Of a stretch of DNA of 27,861 bases, positions 27,352 through 27,861 are shown piece after piece (the stretch's first letter is position 1; every line of letters starts with the position of its first letter). The stretch is from positions 1 to 27,861 of IMG/VR virus record IMGVR_UViG_3300042334_000325. One strand, 5' to 3'. Below the pieces are notes generated by a model that saw only the letters and a program-made list of their open reading frames with translations, was not told the DNA's origin and did not search any database. The position numbers were made by a program, and so were the translations under genes. The stretch is from a virus. Its lineage: Duplodnaviria > Caudoviricetes.

Positions 27352-27861
27352 ATGGCAGATAATCGTGCACGTCTTAAACTTAAAGGTGATGGATATAGTA
27401 TTCCTTTATCTGGTCCCGCATCAGTATTGAGTAGTAAAAAAGGAATAGTATTTCCATACACCCCAGTAATAACTTCTTCTATGACTACTGAATATAGTCA
27501 ATACGATCTAATCCATAGTAACTATCCTATTCAAAGTTTTGTAAGACACAGACCAGGTAATATAAATATAACTGCACAATTTGTTAATCAAACATTGGAA
27601 GATTCACGATATACTGCTGGAGTTTTGCATTTTTTAAGTGTGGTTATGAAAATGCATTTTGGAACTCAAGATACTAATGCCGGAACACCGCCACCATTGT
27701 TAGAATTTTTTGCATATGGGTTGACTAATTTTAATCGTGTCCCAGTATTTGTTAGTACTTTTTCTACAACTTATCCAGACGATGTAGATTATGTTTCGTT
27801 CAACGTGAATACAACAGGTAGAACTGATGAGGCTGGTTCGTATAATATAAATCTACCAGCA
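27352..27861 (+). CDS. Baseplate/tail-tube initiator-like structural protein, 3'-truncated; absent from the ORF track
   Basis: AGGAG RBS; MADNRARLKLKG...IVFPYTPVIT...HSNYP...HFLSVVMKMHFG...GTPPPLL...VPVFV...YPDDVDY, open to the window end. FPYTP/PPP pattern recalls tube-initiator proteins. Confidence 0.6.
   Translation, partial: MADNRARLKLKGDGYSIPLSGPASVLSSKKGIVFPYTPVITSSMTTEYSQYDLIHSNYPIQSFVRHRPGNINITAQFVNQTLEDSRYTAGVLHFLSVVMKMHFGTQDTNAGTPPPLLEFFAYGLTNFNRVPVFVSTFSTTYPDDVDYVSFNVNTTGRTDEAGSYNINLPA

Noticed and set aside
1-27861. Stop-codon reassignment or tRNA genes
   Set aside because: Core genes are full length in the standard code, and no tRNA cloverleaf was recognised.

Overview
AT-rich segment of a T4-like (probably jumbo) myophage genome. 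The minus strand carries the head module (portal gp20, small conserved ORF, acidic prohead-core protein, protease gp21, scaffold gp22, major capsid gp23) followed by two large virion structural genes, with a tape-measure-like gene upstream. It also carries a gp55 late sigma factor / gp47 / gp46 operon. The plus strand carries gp26/gp51-like baseplate hub genes, a GIY-YIG endonuclease and the start of a tail-tube-initiator-like gene. Selfish elements are dense: two paralogous HNH inteins in the portal only 11 residues apart, a LAGLIDADG intein in gp55, two Hef-like endonucleases with an apparent Mom/GNAT-like C-terminal domain, and the free-standing GIY-YIG. The least explained feature is a ~1 kb locus without a credible ORF (18750-19733). 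There a near-consensus sigma70 promoter points into a GC-richer, nested multi-stem sequence (~600 nt candidate ncRNA), followed by perfect inverted repeats with (CATTN)n loops, suggesting an RNA-primed origin or an endonuclease-associated RNA. All family calls come from motif recognition by eye; no searches were run.
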